A DNA stretch of 64,000 nt from Eledone cirrhosa (GCA_964016885.1 OZ024742.1:116064001-116128000); one strand, 5' to 3'. Positions 1 to 13,447 are shown, numbered from the stretch's first letter. Numbers and translations: made by a program. Notes: generated by a model from the letters alone, not told the origin.

Positions 1-26
1 TGACCTTTGGTCTTTCACACTCACTC

Positions 27-135
<109 letters not shown>

Positions 136-185
136 ACGCGCGTGTGTGTGTATCTGTATATATCGATCCATCTATCTAAATATAT

Positions 186-380
186 ATTATAGAAGAGCTT
201 CTACAGGACCAGAACTGTTTCATTCGTGAGAAATCACCAAGAAGCTTCCTGATTATTTCTCACGAATGAAAGAGTTCTAGTCTTGTAGAAGCTCTTCTAT
301 ATTAAAACTTTTATACTCTGCTATGTATTGAGTACCTTACGTACCCTGGTTACCACCGATTCAACCCGGAATAACTTATA
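186..380 (+). mobile_element. Fold-back pseudo-LTR fragment of a Penelope-like element with two degenerate HHR cores
   Basis: Palindrome centred near AAGCTT (~243-248). Plus arm reads gcttc-CTGATTA-tttctcacgaat-GAAA-gagttctagtcttg-TA-gaagc, homologous to the intact HHR at 33135/34901. Its tail matches 34960-35035. Confidence 0.75.
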
Positions 381-389
381 CATATATAT

Positions 390-1070
390 AATCGAAAGAA
401 TTGATGAAAGAGAAGCAAGCCGTTAAACATATTTATAAAAATCTCTTACATATGTTTCGCCCAATGGGGCTCATCTGAGGCAATTACATAGGCAAATAAT
501 GTAATAATGTACCCTGTACGGGTATAATCATAATTTAACATCAGAATGCATTACACTGTGTAGCAAATGACTTTACTCATAATTGAAACTCATACTCATA
601 CCTTAACACTGCCTCATTAAATCGATTTGACAAACAATAATTAAATTAACCCCTTGTAGCAAGAAATAAATAATTGTTTACTAGCGGTCATTATTCTGAC
701 AGTTCACTATACTTTACACCGTTTAATTACCTCCCTTAGCGCACAGGGACTTTTTGCTTCACAGAGTAATGCATTCTGATGTTAAAATATGATTATACCC
801 GTACAGGGTACATTATTAAATGATGTGCCTTTGTAATTGCCTCAGATAAGCCCCATTGGGCGAAACATTTTTATAAATGTGTTTTAACGGCTTGCTTCTC
901 TTTCATAATTTCTTTCGATTATAACTGTTCTGCTTATCTTCGTAAACTAAATGTTAACGCCTTTAATATTTAACCCTTTTTACACAAGCATCGAGCACAT
1001 ATGCACCCGCTTTGGGCAAGTAACACTCTTATACCTCCTCTTTCTAACTTCTTTTACGATACTTTAACTT
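390..1070. mobile_element. TA-flanked element with ~170-bp inverted arms (390-560 / 760-920) and an HHR-like motif (CAGAUGA variant)
   Basis: Arms are reverse complements. Minus strand 445-480 reads cct-CAGATGA-gccc catt gggc-GAAA-catatg-TA-agag. Confidence 0.6.
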
Positions 1071-1072
1071 TT

Positions 1073-1145
<73 letters not shown>

Positions 1146-1154
1146 TACACAAAA

Positions 1155-1193
<39 letters not shown>

Positions 1194-1197
<4 letters not shown>

Positions 1198-2054
1198 GCA
1201 TATGGCCCTTAAAGCGATGAAATGCCTGGGACGGTTGGAGGGTCACTGATGAAGGACTCACTTTTTCATATGAACCACCATTTGCAACGCGCAGCCATCA
1301 TTATTATCATATTTGCACATAATTTTTCTTCTGCTGCTACGCGTCCGTTTCGTTCTTTGTACCTTTTACCCTTTCTCGTTCTTTGTACCTTTTACCCTTT
1401 CTAGCAGTCTCTCTCTCTGTTAGCCTCCTCCTCAACTTTCACTCAACCATTCTCTGTCACTACCTCTCCTCCTCCTCTTTCCTCCTCCTCCTTCAAGTTT
1501 GACCTGTGTGTAATTCTTTTCTCACGCGTTCCTGGTCAAGCTGGTATGGAATTTTTTTCTCTCTCTTTCGTCTGCGACTTCACAAAACTTATGTTTACCG
1601 AATTCGTAGACCAGACCCCTTTTCTTCTTCTTCTTCTTCTTCTTCTTCTTCTTCTTCTTCTTCTTCTTCTTCTTCTTCTTCTTCTTCTTCTTCTTCTTCT
1701 TCTTCTTCTTCTTCTTCTTCTCCCCGTTAGACTTGTGCGAAATTCCTTCCTTGCTCACATTTCAACCAGGTTTGATGGTCTTTTGTCTCTTGTTCACGAT
1801 TTCACCGAGTTTATATTCATAGAGATCTGGGACTTGTCTATTTCTTCTCACTTTCCGTTGCTTAAACCATTTTGTTTGTTACCCTAACGTCCCCTTTATT
1901 TACGTGTCCCAACGACTTTTTTTAGCCGTTGTTCGCACCAACCTGAGGCATATGGCCCTTAAAGCGATGAAATGCCTGGGACGGTCGGAGGGTCACTGAT
2001 GAAGGACTCACTTTTTCATATGCACCACCATTTGCAACGCGCAGCCATCATTAT

Positions 2055-2058
<4 letters not shown>
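1194..2058 (+). mobile_element. Non-autonomous partial-tandem element (750-bp period, 115-bp terminal direct repeats) carrying a permuted hammerhead-like motif
   Basis: 1194-1308 is nearly identical to 1944-2058; (TA)n on both sides; internal (CTT)n at 1621-1721; homologous to 33216-34355. Confidence 0.75.
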
Positions 2059-2094
<36 letters not shown>

Positions 2095-2890
2095 GTATAT
2101 GACATATGTATGTGCCTCAGATAATAAGATAATATATTGTGTGGAGGATTATCTCAAAACGGCGTGATGCATCTTAATTTGGAAGCACAATCCACAAACT
2201 GTGCATATGGAGAGAAAACAAATTGAACATATGTACTTCTTTCAAAAGCACATCTGCTGAATTGCAACACGCGACATACTGAAGTAAATGCACTTGTATT
2301 TCCAATAGCTACATATCTTCTTTCCAAAAATAATCATAACCTCATATCGCATGTCGTTACGCAAGACAATATATTTCTAAAAGTTCTAATCCTCTCAGAT
2401 GGTAAAAAATGAGTTATAATTCAAGGGATCCTTGAAATGCTTATCCACATGCGCATTAATTTCACGAATAGGCTGTTCCTTTTTTCGAAGAACTGGAACA
2501 CCCATCATCGGAAACGACGAAGGTCACATATATCTATATATACAGATACACGTGCACACTATTATATATATACACACATAAATATATGCGCACAAAGATA
2601 CATAATGTATTCATATGCATACACAGGCACATTTATTAATATTTTTGGTGTTAATATTGATGCTGTTTCAATATCTTCTCATTAAGGGTTTTGTTCTCAT
2701 TCTTGGATGCAATTTTATTATATATATTTTACAGTTGTTTCGTGTTTGGTTAATATCAGATTCTTATGTCTTTACATCCTTATTTCCTTTTTTCTATACT
2801 GCTTTCGTTTTCGTCTCACATTTCTATCATTCTATTTTCAGTTTCTTTCCTCATATCCTTCTATAATTCTTCTAAAATGTATCTCACCAC

Positions 2891-3082
<192 letters not shown>

Positions 3083-5337
3083 TACCCTCAAGATATTTGT
3101 GATTTTTATTAATTATCCATTGTTTGACTCCTTTTAACAGAACACAAGACAATCCGCTTGAATTAAACTATTTCTTTAATAAACAACAAATATATAGAAT
3201 ATTTCTTCTGAAGAAACCTGTCTATCTTCTGACGCCATTTACTATTGGAAACTCTTAGAAAGTACCCGGAGGTTAATCACATATGTTTATATTCCCTTTA
3301 TCATTGCTCGCACCTACCTTTCCTTCTCTCCCTCCCTCTTTCTCTCTCACTCTCTCTAAATATGTATATATATATAAATACATACATACGTATACATATG
3401 TATATATATATACATAGAGCGAGAGAGAGAGAGCGAGAGAGAGAAGGAGGAGAGAGAGCGAGATGGATAGGCATACTTTGATATGTATATATACATGCAC
3501 ATACATATACACACATATAAAAAAGCTTATATAAGTATATATATGCATACACGTACATAATTACAGGGAGATAGGAGAAACATGGAGAGTTGGGCGCTGA
3601 GAGTGAAGGGAAGTGTAAGGAAGAGGAGATAAAACGAGGGACGGACAGAAACTGGGAGGAATAGAAAGGAAAAGTGAAAGTAAGGAAAGACAGAGAAGTA
3701 AGCGAAAGAAGGGGAAAATAAGTGTGAGAAAAGTAGCGATATTAAATAGATAAGAGGAAAGGATAATGTGTTGAATATGAATACATATATATGTGTATGT
3801 GCATGTTGGTCTGAGGTAGCTAAGTTCTCATGAACACATCATTCAAGGTATTGTGATAATACAAGTTAGTGATCACAATGTCAGCACCCAATACGTCTGC
3901 TCATCGTAATACGTTGATAGCCAAACGTTATAAATAAATCGAGATTTATACGAAGTCACATACGCACATTTTTATTTACTACAGCTAGGATATGAGCAAT
4001 TACTTGTAAATGAAATGTGGTAGACAGAGACGATTATATAGCTTGTCGTATATATAGATTTATATGTGGGTCTGTGATTATGCTTTCTGTTCGATTATAT
4101 CCAATAAATTAACAATTCGACAAATTGAAACTATAAAATCTTTAAAGGATTCGGAAAGGTAATTCAGTCTAATTACTAAAACCAGTTGCATATATATGTG
4201 TATATATATATGAGATAAAATATGGGTATCCGATTTTTGTGGGACACTTCATATTTTTGTATTTAAGTTGGATGTTCATAAACAAAAAATAAAAATAGTA
4301 TCCTACCAGTTCAATTGTGCTCTTCATAATAAATGGAAATGTTTATCACAAATACCTGATTGATATGAATTGTGTTACCAAGTGAAATCAATCGGTCCAA
4401 TATAAGTAATCCTCGGAGTAATATGATATATATTAGTTATTGGAAAAACATGGCCTATTTGTTGATGTTCAATGATACTTTTGTTAACACTGGAGATATT
4501 ATTACACGTGTTACAATACATTACGTATTCCGTTTTCATGTTTGTTTTTGCAAGATTCTTGGTGTGAAATTGGATATTATTATACAATGGCAGGGCCATG
4601 TTGCCAATAAAAACACATGTATCAGACCTTCACTTAGGCTTTTATTATTTGTAAAGTAACTATTCTCTTCAAAAACCGGATGGTTATTTGATTTTCAAAA
4701 GTAATTCGTCACACATAATGTGACCTTTTCAATTATTATTTGACATTCTATATCTCCTCTTCCTTTTGTATTTGTCCCAGTTATTCTGAGATTCGTTTTT
4801 ATGTCTCAGTTTCGACAGCTTTTATTTTACTTTACTCTTATCTCTCACCAGTCTATCTAGATTTCGATGTTGTAGGAGCATGCGTCTGTGTGTGCATGTG
4901 TGTCTATTTTTTATATATTACTACTCCTGCAAATGTATGTGTATCTTTAACTTTATCTCCATTCACATTTCTAAATTCTTCGCTATTTCTGCCTGTATTA
5001 ATATGTGTATCTATTCCAATGTGACATAATATTTGTGTCACATATCGTGGGGTCGTTACACTTCCTTTTTATATATATATGTACATATATATTATCGAAG
5101 ATATGTACGGATAAAATTTGTTTCTGTAGATCAGTGTACAAACAAAAAGAAGATTGCTGACCAAAGTATTTTTCTCAACATGGTCTTTGCAAGAGGTACG
5201 GTAATAGTCCAGAAAGAGAGATCCAATTACAGTTTCGTGGTGGAAGATCACGGAGTAATAATATATTTAAATGTATAGGAAAATCAAACGACTAGGCGTG
5301 AAGTATAGAATAGAAGTGACGAATTTAATCAAAGTTC

Positions 5338-5453
5338 ATTCTTTAACACATGTTTCAATACAGTATCAATCCAAGAGTGCTGATTGCATATCAATATTAT
5401 AATTATGCCTATTCACTAGCAATACGTTAAATACTGTATTTCATCAGAAAGAT
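5338..5453 (-). ncRNA. Type-I hammerhead ribozyme candidate with long stem II insertion
   Basis: Minus strand: tcttt-CTGATGA-aatacagtat...atactgtatt-GAAA-catgtg-TT-aaaga (10-bp stem II base). Second copy on + at 11995-12108. Confidence 0.7.
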
Positions 5454-5717
5454 TTCAAAGTTCGAGGTGGTGTCGTTGCTTCTTGCAGTAAAAATATTCC
5501 TACTGCTATCCACTCGGATTAAAAGGCTACTACACTATTAGAAAAGATATAACTTGGAGGGACAAGGAAGAAAAAAAAAATAATAATTAAAAATAATAAA
5601 AAAATCAGTTAGGATATAATAATAAGGTAGGAAAAAACAAAAAAGCTAAGGCGTGTAAGCTTAGTTATACATAAACACACTTGTACACTTAAGTGTATAT
5701 ATATATATATAATATAT

Positions 5718-5806
<89 letters not shown>

Positions 5807-5811
5807 CATAC

Positions 5812-5862
<51 letters not shown>

Positions 5863-5865
5863 TAT

Positions 5866-5897
<32 letters not shown>

Positions 5898-5903
<6 letters not shown>

Positions 5904-6602
5904 GACGTAAAATAAGAAAATTTTAAAAATTAAAGATCAACTTACTTACTAAAATGTTCACTCCAACTAATTAGTTTCTGTAATGGGATAAATATAGTTA
6001 TATAATATATATAACTATAGAGAATTCATTACGTTATCAGGGAGTCTATTCTCAGCTAAGTTCCCAGGCAATGCGCGGACACTAGGAACCCATATAAAAA
6101 TAATAATTCAGTAGATGGAATGAAGCTAGCGAGCACTAAATTCTGGAACACTGAAAAAATTTCACTGCCTCTGGTCAGTGGCAGATTCTAAAGAATCAAT
6201 CAGGTGACACCGCGGTTAATCAGTTAGGAGCGGGGTGGTATTATGACAAGAGCCTACTACTACCATGAAACAGCAGTAAATATTGGCCAGTTTTCCTCAA
6301 CAAATAATTTGGAGATAAATATAGAGAATTAGTACATCTACCAACATATGTGCACAGATGTACACTCATGCTAGCAAATATACAAGTTATGTCTTAGTAC
6401 CTATGTGGTTCTATGCAGGTGAATGCAGAACTAATGAATTCTCTATAGTTATATATATTATATAACTATATTTATCCCATTACAGAAACTAATTAGTTGG
6501 AGTGAACATTTTAGTAAGTAAGTTGATTTTTAATTTTTAAAATTTTCTTGTTTTACGTCTTTCATATAATTGTTCTGCATTCACCTGCATAGATGTACTA
6601 AT

Positions 6603-6639
<37 letters not shown>

Positions 6640-7327
6640 GAAAGACGTAAAATAAGAGAATTATAATAATTAACTTACTTCTTAAAGTTACACTCCACCT
6701 AATTAGTTTCTGAAAGGGTATATACATAGTGTCAAAGCTATGGAGAATGCTTTCTTAATCAGGGAGTCAATCATCGGCTAAGATTCCCGGCGATAGGCGG
6801 AGAGATGGAGCTGAAACAAAAATAATTCAGTGAATGGAAAAAAAGCAACCGCGGACTAAATTTCAAGACACTGAACATTTCACTGCCTTCCAAGTCAGTG
6901 GCAAATTCAAAAGAATCAATCACGTGACATCGAGGTTAATCAGTGAGGAGTGGGGTGTTAAAAAGACAGTAGCCAAAATGTTACTATGAACCATAGTAGT
7001 AATTTAGGCAAATTTTTGCTCAACAAAATAATTTGGAGATAATTATAAAGAATTAGTATATCTACCAACATATATATACAGATGTATACGTACGCTAGCA
7101 AGATATAGATTTTGTCTAAGTAACTTTGTGATTCAATACAAAACTCTAGATCAATTATATGAAAGACGTAAAATAAGAGAATTATAGTAATTAACATACT
7201 TATGTTTCACTCCAACTAATTAGTTTCTGAAAGGGGATATACATAGTGTTCAAAACATGGAGAATCCTTTATTCATCAGGGAGTCAATTCTCGGCTAAGA
7301 TTCCTGGCGATAGGCGGACACAGGGAG

Positions 7328-7330
<3 letters not shown>
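5898..7330 (-). mobile_element. Two adjacent copies of a pLTR/retrozyme-like family (5898-6568 with inverted partial end; 6639-7330 partial tandem)
   Basis: Shared end gaaagacgtaaaataag at 5900, 6640, 7161 and 39172; 6434-6568 is the reverse complement of 5898-6030; HHR motifs at 5960, 6692 and 7209. Confidence 0.75.
7209..7284 (-). ncRNA. Type-I hammerhead ribozyme candidate (relatives at 5960-6045, 6692-6767, 39221-39302)
   Basis: actcc-CTGATGA-at aaagg...ccttt ca-GAAA-ctaattag-TT-ggagt with palindromic stem III. Stem II covaries among copies (gtaatg/cattac, ggaatg/cattcc, aaagg/ccttt). Confidence 0.75.
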
Positions 7331-7398
<68 letters not shown>

Positions 7399-7399
7399 A

Positions 7400-7805
7400 T
7401 ACTATATATATTGCGTGTGCATATAAATATGTATGTATATATGTGTGTCTGTGACAGCTCACACCCATGCATGTTTAGCTGGCCTCCTCCAAGTTATATA
7501 TCTCGTTGGTAGTGTCTTGGGTGATTTTAATGATAGGGACTCCAGTCCTATCATCTCATTTCTACAGCTCAGTAAACTGGAGCAACTTTAAAGAAAGTGT
7601 CATGCTCAAGGAAACAACACATCACCCGGTGCGAGAATTGAACATACAACCTTTCGATTGCAAGCCCAATGATCTAATCACTAAGCCATGCGCCTTCACG
7701 TATGTATGTAGATGTGTATATATAAGTATATAAATATATATATAAATATACATAAATATATACATATATGTATACAAATATATATATATATATATATATA
7801 TATGC

Positions 7806-7855
<50 letters not shown>

Positions 7856-8165
7856 CTACATACATACGTGAAGGCGTATGGCTTAGTGGTTAGAGAATTG
7901 GCCTTGCAATCGAAAGGTTGTGAGTTCAATTCTCTCACCGGGTGATGTGCTGTTTCGTTGAGCAAGACACTTTCTTTCACGTTGCTCCAGTTTACTGAGC
8001 TATAGAAATCAGATGATAGGACTGGAGTCCCTATCATTAAAATCGCCCAAGACACCTCCGACGAGATATATAACTTGGAGCAGGCCAGCTAAGCCTACAT
8101 AGGTGTGAGCTGTCACAGACACACATATATACATACATATTTATATGCACACACAATATATACAC
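7400..8165. repeat. ~320-bp inverted duplication around a (TA)n spacer; each arm contains a tRNA-derived SINE
   Basis: 7400-7720 is the reverse complement of 7845-8165. SINE head ggcgtatggcttagtggttag (A box)...gagttcaattct (B box) and a CORE-like ttgagcaagacactt at ~7871-8010. Confidence 0.85.
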
Positions 8166-8979
8166 ACATACGCTCACTTACACGTATACATAAATATATA
8201 AATATTTATATATATAATTTTGAGTATGTGTTAGTTATTTACCGACACTTCAGTATGCAGGTTAGAGCACTATAAGGGGTGCGCATGTGGGTCTGTTTAC
8301 TCCGGTGTAAAATAAAATCATGAGGTTAAAATTAGCCTCGTTTTATTGATATTCACTGCTATATATATTTCAGTATTAGCTATTATTCAACAGCTATGAC
8401 CTCATTAGGCAGTTAGAACTCGAATAGAAAAAAAGGACAACATAATGTTGGAATAGATTTTAGCTCGTTGATATGTTCAGATACAGAGTGTCTTGTTAGT
8501 TCTCTAAAGAACTGAAAGCATAGCATATATATAGCATATTACTATAACTCAGCGCTAGCTAAGGTGTCCCACAGCCATAGGATCAGCTATAACCCTAAGG
8601 GACATGATCGAGATGACCCAAGGGTACCCCGGACCAATACCTTCAGGGGCATCATCGCCCACCTAATACCTCTGTTACCAGTAGTAACACTCCCAGACCC
8701 CAATCCATCACCACCCCCGGTAGATGGTCACGCATACTACACCAGTCTAATTCCTACAACGCTGAAGACCGCTGTGCTGCGGAGAAATAGGCACACCTGC
8801 ACCGGCCCTACCACCCGCCTAACCCTAATTGACCAGGGAGGCCAGACCTCGCAGGTTTATAGCGCCACGCTGGGCCCATATAACCCTCATGATAGTGACC
8901 GCTCCGCACACCTGAGTGACACCAACCCAGCTCGACCTGAGCTAGGCAAAACCACGCGATGGCCCACGGCGGACAGCCA

Positions 8980-9811
8980 ACAACCCCGCAAGAATAGGAC
9001 CAGGAATGTCACATGGTATAACTCTCCGTACTCGGTGGGTCTACGTACAAGCCTAGCTAGAACATTCTTTAGAGTACTGGATAAATGTTTCGCTAGGGCC
9101 CACAAGTACATTAAAATATTCAACAGACACACGGTGAAACTTTCCTACTCAACCACACTGTCCGTAGCCCTACACATAGCTGGCATAAATCGGAACAGGC
9201 TCATTGGCTCTAATACCACCGTAAACACCGGCGCCACCCAACAGAACCAGCACGCGAGACGCACCGGAACCCGGACAGGCCCACCAAGCACACCGGAACC
9301 CAACAACCCTGTGTGGATTGCGGAGGCTACCCAGCCAATCCCGAGTGATGGTAACCACGCGGTACATGTGGTGGGGCTTAAGAAGTAATGTAATTGCAGA
9401 GACCCATCACTATGCCTCCTTAGTAATGAATGCATGACAAAAAACATAGTCTACAGATGCAAGGTCACAACCCCTAACTCGGAGCACCACTACATACGAT
9501 CCAGAGTGACGAGCTTCAAAGATCGATGGTATAACCATCGCCATTCCTTTAACAGAATAGATTAGAGGAAATGTACGGCCCTTCCTGAATTGATCTGGAA
9601 GCTCAAACTTGAAGAGACCCTGCACTCTCTGGTCTGGTCCGTGGTTAGAAAGGTTCCCCCAGACAGAGGCGGGTCTGGTATTTGCAAACTCTGTCTCAGT
9701 GAGACCCTCGAAAGTCTTCATGGCGGAACGAAGCTACTAAACAGAAGGGCCGACTTATTCGGTGCCTGCAGACACCTTAGGACGGGAACTTTCCTCAAGC
9801 TATATGGATAA
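8980..9811 (+). pseudogene. Penelope-like (Naiad-type) linker + GIY-YIG endonuclease remnant with in-frame stops
   Basis: RTRNVTWYNSPYS...KIFNRHTVKLSYST; then CNCRDPSLCLLSNECMTKNIVYRC...SFKDRWYNHRHSF...CKLCLSE...LLNRRADLFGACRH. Confidence 0.9.
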
Positions 9812-10231
9812 ACCCCGGTTACGGCCTCCCACAACGCCCTCTCCCCCCATGTATGTCCCTACACCCCGTACCAAATGACGAATGGACAAAAACAACCACC
9901 CATAGTTTGTGGTCCCTATGGTGGATCGTCCACCGGATCCTCTACTGGTTAAGAGTCATCAAAACCACGTTTTATTGACCCTGATTTTATATATATAAGT
10001 ATAGATATATAATGTGTATATATATATATATTTTATATGTGTATATATGTTTATTTTATATATATGTATGTATATATATGTATGTGTATTTTATATATAT
10101 ATATGTATGTATGTTGTATGTGTGTATATTTTATGTATGTATGTATTTTATGTATATATATATATATTTTATATATAAAACTTTTATATATATGTATGTA
10201 TATATATATATTATGTATGTATATATATATA

Positions 10232-10269
<38 letters not shown>

Positions 10270-10907
10270 TTGTGCGTACATACATACATATATATATATA
10301 TAAACTCCGGTATGGATTTGTGTGTGTAGATGTGTGAGTGTCTGCGGGGGTAGGTGTCAGTGTATGTACAAGTCAACCAGCATAAACCTTTTATTTCTAA
10401 ATGTTCTAAACTATCTAAGTATTGGACTCTAACCATTATTTTAAGTATTACCAGCCCACATGTTGAATGTGTGGATGTGTGTGTGTGTCTGAGGAGGTGG
10501 GTGTGACTCTACGTGCAAGCCAACCTACATAAGTCTTTTTATATGTAAATGTTCTACTCTAACCATAAATTTCAGTAGCACTACTACACATAAATTCCTC
10601 AATTTAAGAATGACCAGTAGTATCTATTTCATACTATTAACCTTAATTTAGTATATATCTGACAAGGAATGCTTTTTGTGAAAATCAGTCATATGGAACT
10701 ATTGTCATCTTGCCAGACGGTTTGAATTTACAACACCACCTGCCTCTTTGAGGTCAAATACCAACCCTAACATCTACAAACTGACCAATGAGAATCAAGA
10801 CTATTCCTGCTGACAACATTAAATTATTCCTAACAAGCTCATATGTCCCAAGGCTCTGATACCATCAACACTATAAACACAGAGCTGGCATATCTAAGAA
10901 CTGACTA

Positions 10908-10963
10908 ACTGCCTGATGAGGTTATTGCCATTCAATCACTATCATCGAAATATATATAGCAGT
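10908..10963 (+). ncRNA. Hammerhead ribozyme candidate in PLE pLTR
   Basis: actgc-CTGATGA-g...c-GAAA-tatata-TA-gcagt; 5-bp stem I, palindromic stem III, weak stem II. Confidence 0.65.
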
Positions 10964-11009
10964 AAATAAAGGATTATGAGTTCATGCAATTGACTTATGT
11001 TTCGTCACT

Positions 11010-11052
<43 letters not shown>

Positions 11053-11055
<3 letters not shown>

Positions 11056-11540
11056 TTTAAACTTATAGCCACGTTTAAATGATTTTTATGTGTTGTTTAT
11101 TCATACTGATTGGGAAAGGAAATACTGTATATATTTTATCTAATAATTCTTTGGACTTACATGTTTATATATTGCTCTGATTAATAATTATTTAATTAAT
11201 TCTTCATTGAGCCACATTTTTTCTCCAAACTTCGATTATATACCTAATTCCCTGTAGTTAACTATTTGTCTAGTCAATTTCTACAGGCTAGGAGAAATAA
11301 TTAGGTAAGTGTCATATGGCTGTACATCGCGGAAAAGAATCTGTATCATTTGTCTATTTATTTCTTCATGAGTACATTTTAATCTTATAGCCTCGTTTAA
11401 ATGATTTTTTGTGTGGTTAATTTATACTGATTGGGAGAGGAAATACGGTATATATGTTATCTAATAATTATTTGAACTTACATTGTTATATATTGCTCTG
11501 ATTAATAATGATTTAATTAATTCTTCATTGTGCCACACCG
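11053..11540. repeat. TA-flanked partial tandem (320-bp period, ~165-bp direct repeats)
   Basis: 11053-11220 resembles 11373-11540. Confidence 0.75.
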
Positions 11541-11606
11541 TGTTTGGTTGCCAAACTTTTATATGTATCTGTGACTTTGTCTAATTATATATATATATAC
11601 CCTTTG

Positions 11607-11679
<73 letters not shown>

Positions 11680-11994
11680 TATATATATATGTACGCTCAC
11701 ATGTTCTTATGCAAATACGTATAAATGCGTATGTATAATACAACATATATATACATACATACACATACATACATATTTATATATATGCTCATATGCACAC
11801 ATATATATATATATATATCTTCATACTTGTATATACACGCTTACATACATACAAATGTACACATCTATACATACAAATATACACATATACATATACAGGC
11901 ACATACACTCGTAAAGAAGATTTGTCAACAGTTAGAATATATAGTTAAGTAGCGAATAAGAAAGTAATTAGCCGAAGTGTCAAAAAGTTTGAAA

Positions 11995-12108
11995 TATTTC
12001 TGATGAAATGAAGTATTTAACGTATTGCTAGTGAATGGGCATAATAATAATATTAGTATGCAACCAGCACTCTTGGATTGATACTATATTGAAACATGTG
12101 TTAAAGAA
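11995..12108 (+). ncRNA. Hammerhead candidate with long stem II (copy of the 5338-5453 family)
   Basis: CTGATGA at 12000-12006 and GAAACATGTGTT-aaaga from 12091; flanks match the reverse complement of 5265-5460. Confidence 0.6.
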
Positions 12109-12182
12109 TTAACTTTAATTAAATTCTTCACTTCTATTCTATACTTCACGCCTAGTCGTTTGTTTTCCCTATACATTTATAT

Positions 12183-12306
12183 ATAAATGGAAAAAATGAA
12201 ATTTCATTTTTCACTCTTAGTACGGCTGATACTTAAATGTAAGTATGTATACGTACATACATATATGTACACAGACGTACAGTAGTATGTATATACATAC
12301 ATACAT

Positions 12307-12358
<52 letters not shown>

Positions 12359-12802
12359 GTATGGGTTTTAGCGAACATTTATTATAATGCTCGGTTTGTT
12401 TGTAACCAAACAGGCCGAATTATTAGCCGTACAGTGTTCGGCAACCATCGCTGCCCTATGTGTTCAACACTGACAAAGGAATGATCAACTAGTTTCTAGC
12501 TTATTAGCTGTCATCAGCACCGTATACCTTCCTGTCAGTTGATTGAACGTTTGTAAGTATATACTTTCCTTGTGCATATTAACGGCTGAGCAGCCTAATT
12601 TGCATATCGAATGAGTTAGTCGGCCGGGTGTACCGAAAACGATAAATGGAAAAAATGAAATTTCATTTCTCACTCTTAGTACGACTGATACTTAAATATA
12701 AGTATGTATACGTACATACATAGATGTATACAGACGTACAGTAGTATGAATATACATACATACATGCACACATATATACATGTTCGTATGGGTTTACCGA
12801 AC

Positions 12803-12807
<5 letters not shown>
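12183..12807 (-). mobile_element. Diverged retrozyme-like element (459-bp period, ~1.35 copies), sister of the 469-bp array; HHR at 12483-12522
   Basis: Direct repeats start at 12183 and 12642. Minus-strand HHR CTGATGA-c agct aata agct a-GAAA-ctag-TT. Shares taatttgcata, aaacgataaa, gactga..cttaaa and gggttttag blocks with the 469-bp unit. Confidence 0.75.
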
Positions 12808-12862
<55 letters not shown>

Positions 12863-13404
12863 CATATTTCTGCAGTTTTCGCCTATCAAGATCCACTCAC
12901 AAGTAGTTAGTCGATCCAAAGCTGTTTTAGAAAATATCTACTACGCAGTAGGACTGAACGAAACTCTAAGTCTGCGAAGCGAATACCTTAACAATAAAGC
13001 CATGCTTGCGCTTGCTATCCCTAAATCAATCTAAATACCAAATATGACAAGGATCTTTAAATATATTGATCGCACTCTTTGATATTTTAATGCAGATTTA
13101 GTTTCCAAAATGACATAGAACGTATTTTATCGTTTTCATCAAAAGAAATAACAGAGTATATTTGCACTGACATGTGTGTGCCTGTCTGAGTGGGTGTATA
13201 TTGCAAATATGGTAAATATTACGCCAATAATATATTAATTCATAGATTCAATGTCATGTATGTACTGACTAGTGTCACTATTAACATAACTTAAATCTGT
13301 GTATTGGGATAAAACGAACAAAAATGTAGTTGTTTTACATACGCTTATGCACAAAAAAGAGGTACATACAAATAGTAACGAATGCATACAGATATCCATA
13401 AATA

Positions 13405-13442
<38 letters not shown>

Positions 13443-13447
13443 TATCT

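Larger units (their letters stand above)
8220..11010 (+). mobile_element. 5'-truncated Penelope-like retroelement with inverted 5' pLTR and 3' pLTR
   Basis: HHR-bearing pLTR on - at 8355-8413 and on + at 10908-10963 flank a linker+GIY-YIG coding remnant; TA flanks. Confidence 0.8.

Noticed and set aside
7871-7950. tRNA gene
   Set aside because: A/B boxes are present but there is no proper cloverleaf, and it continues into a SINE body; same for the other SINE heads.
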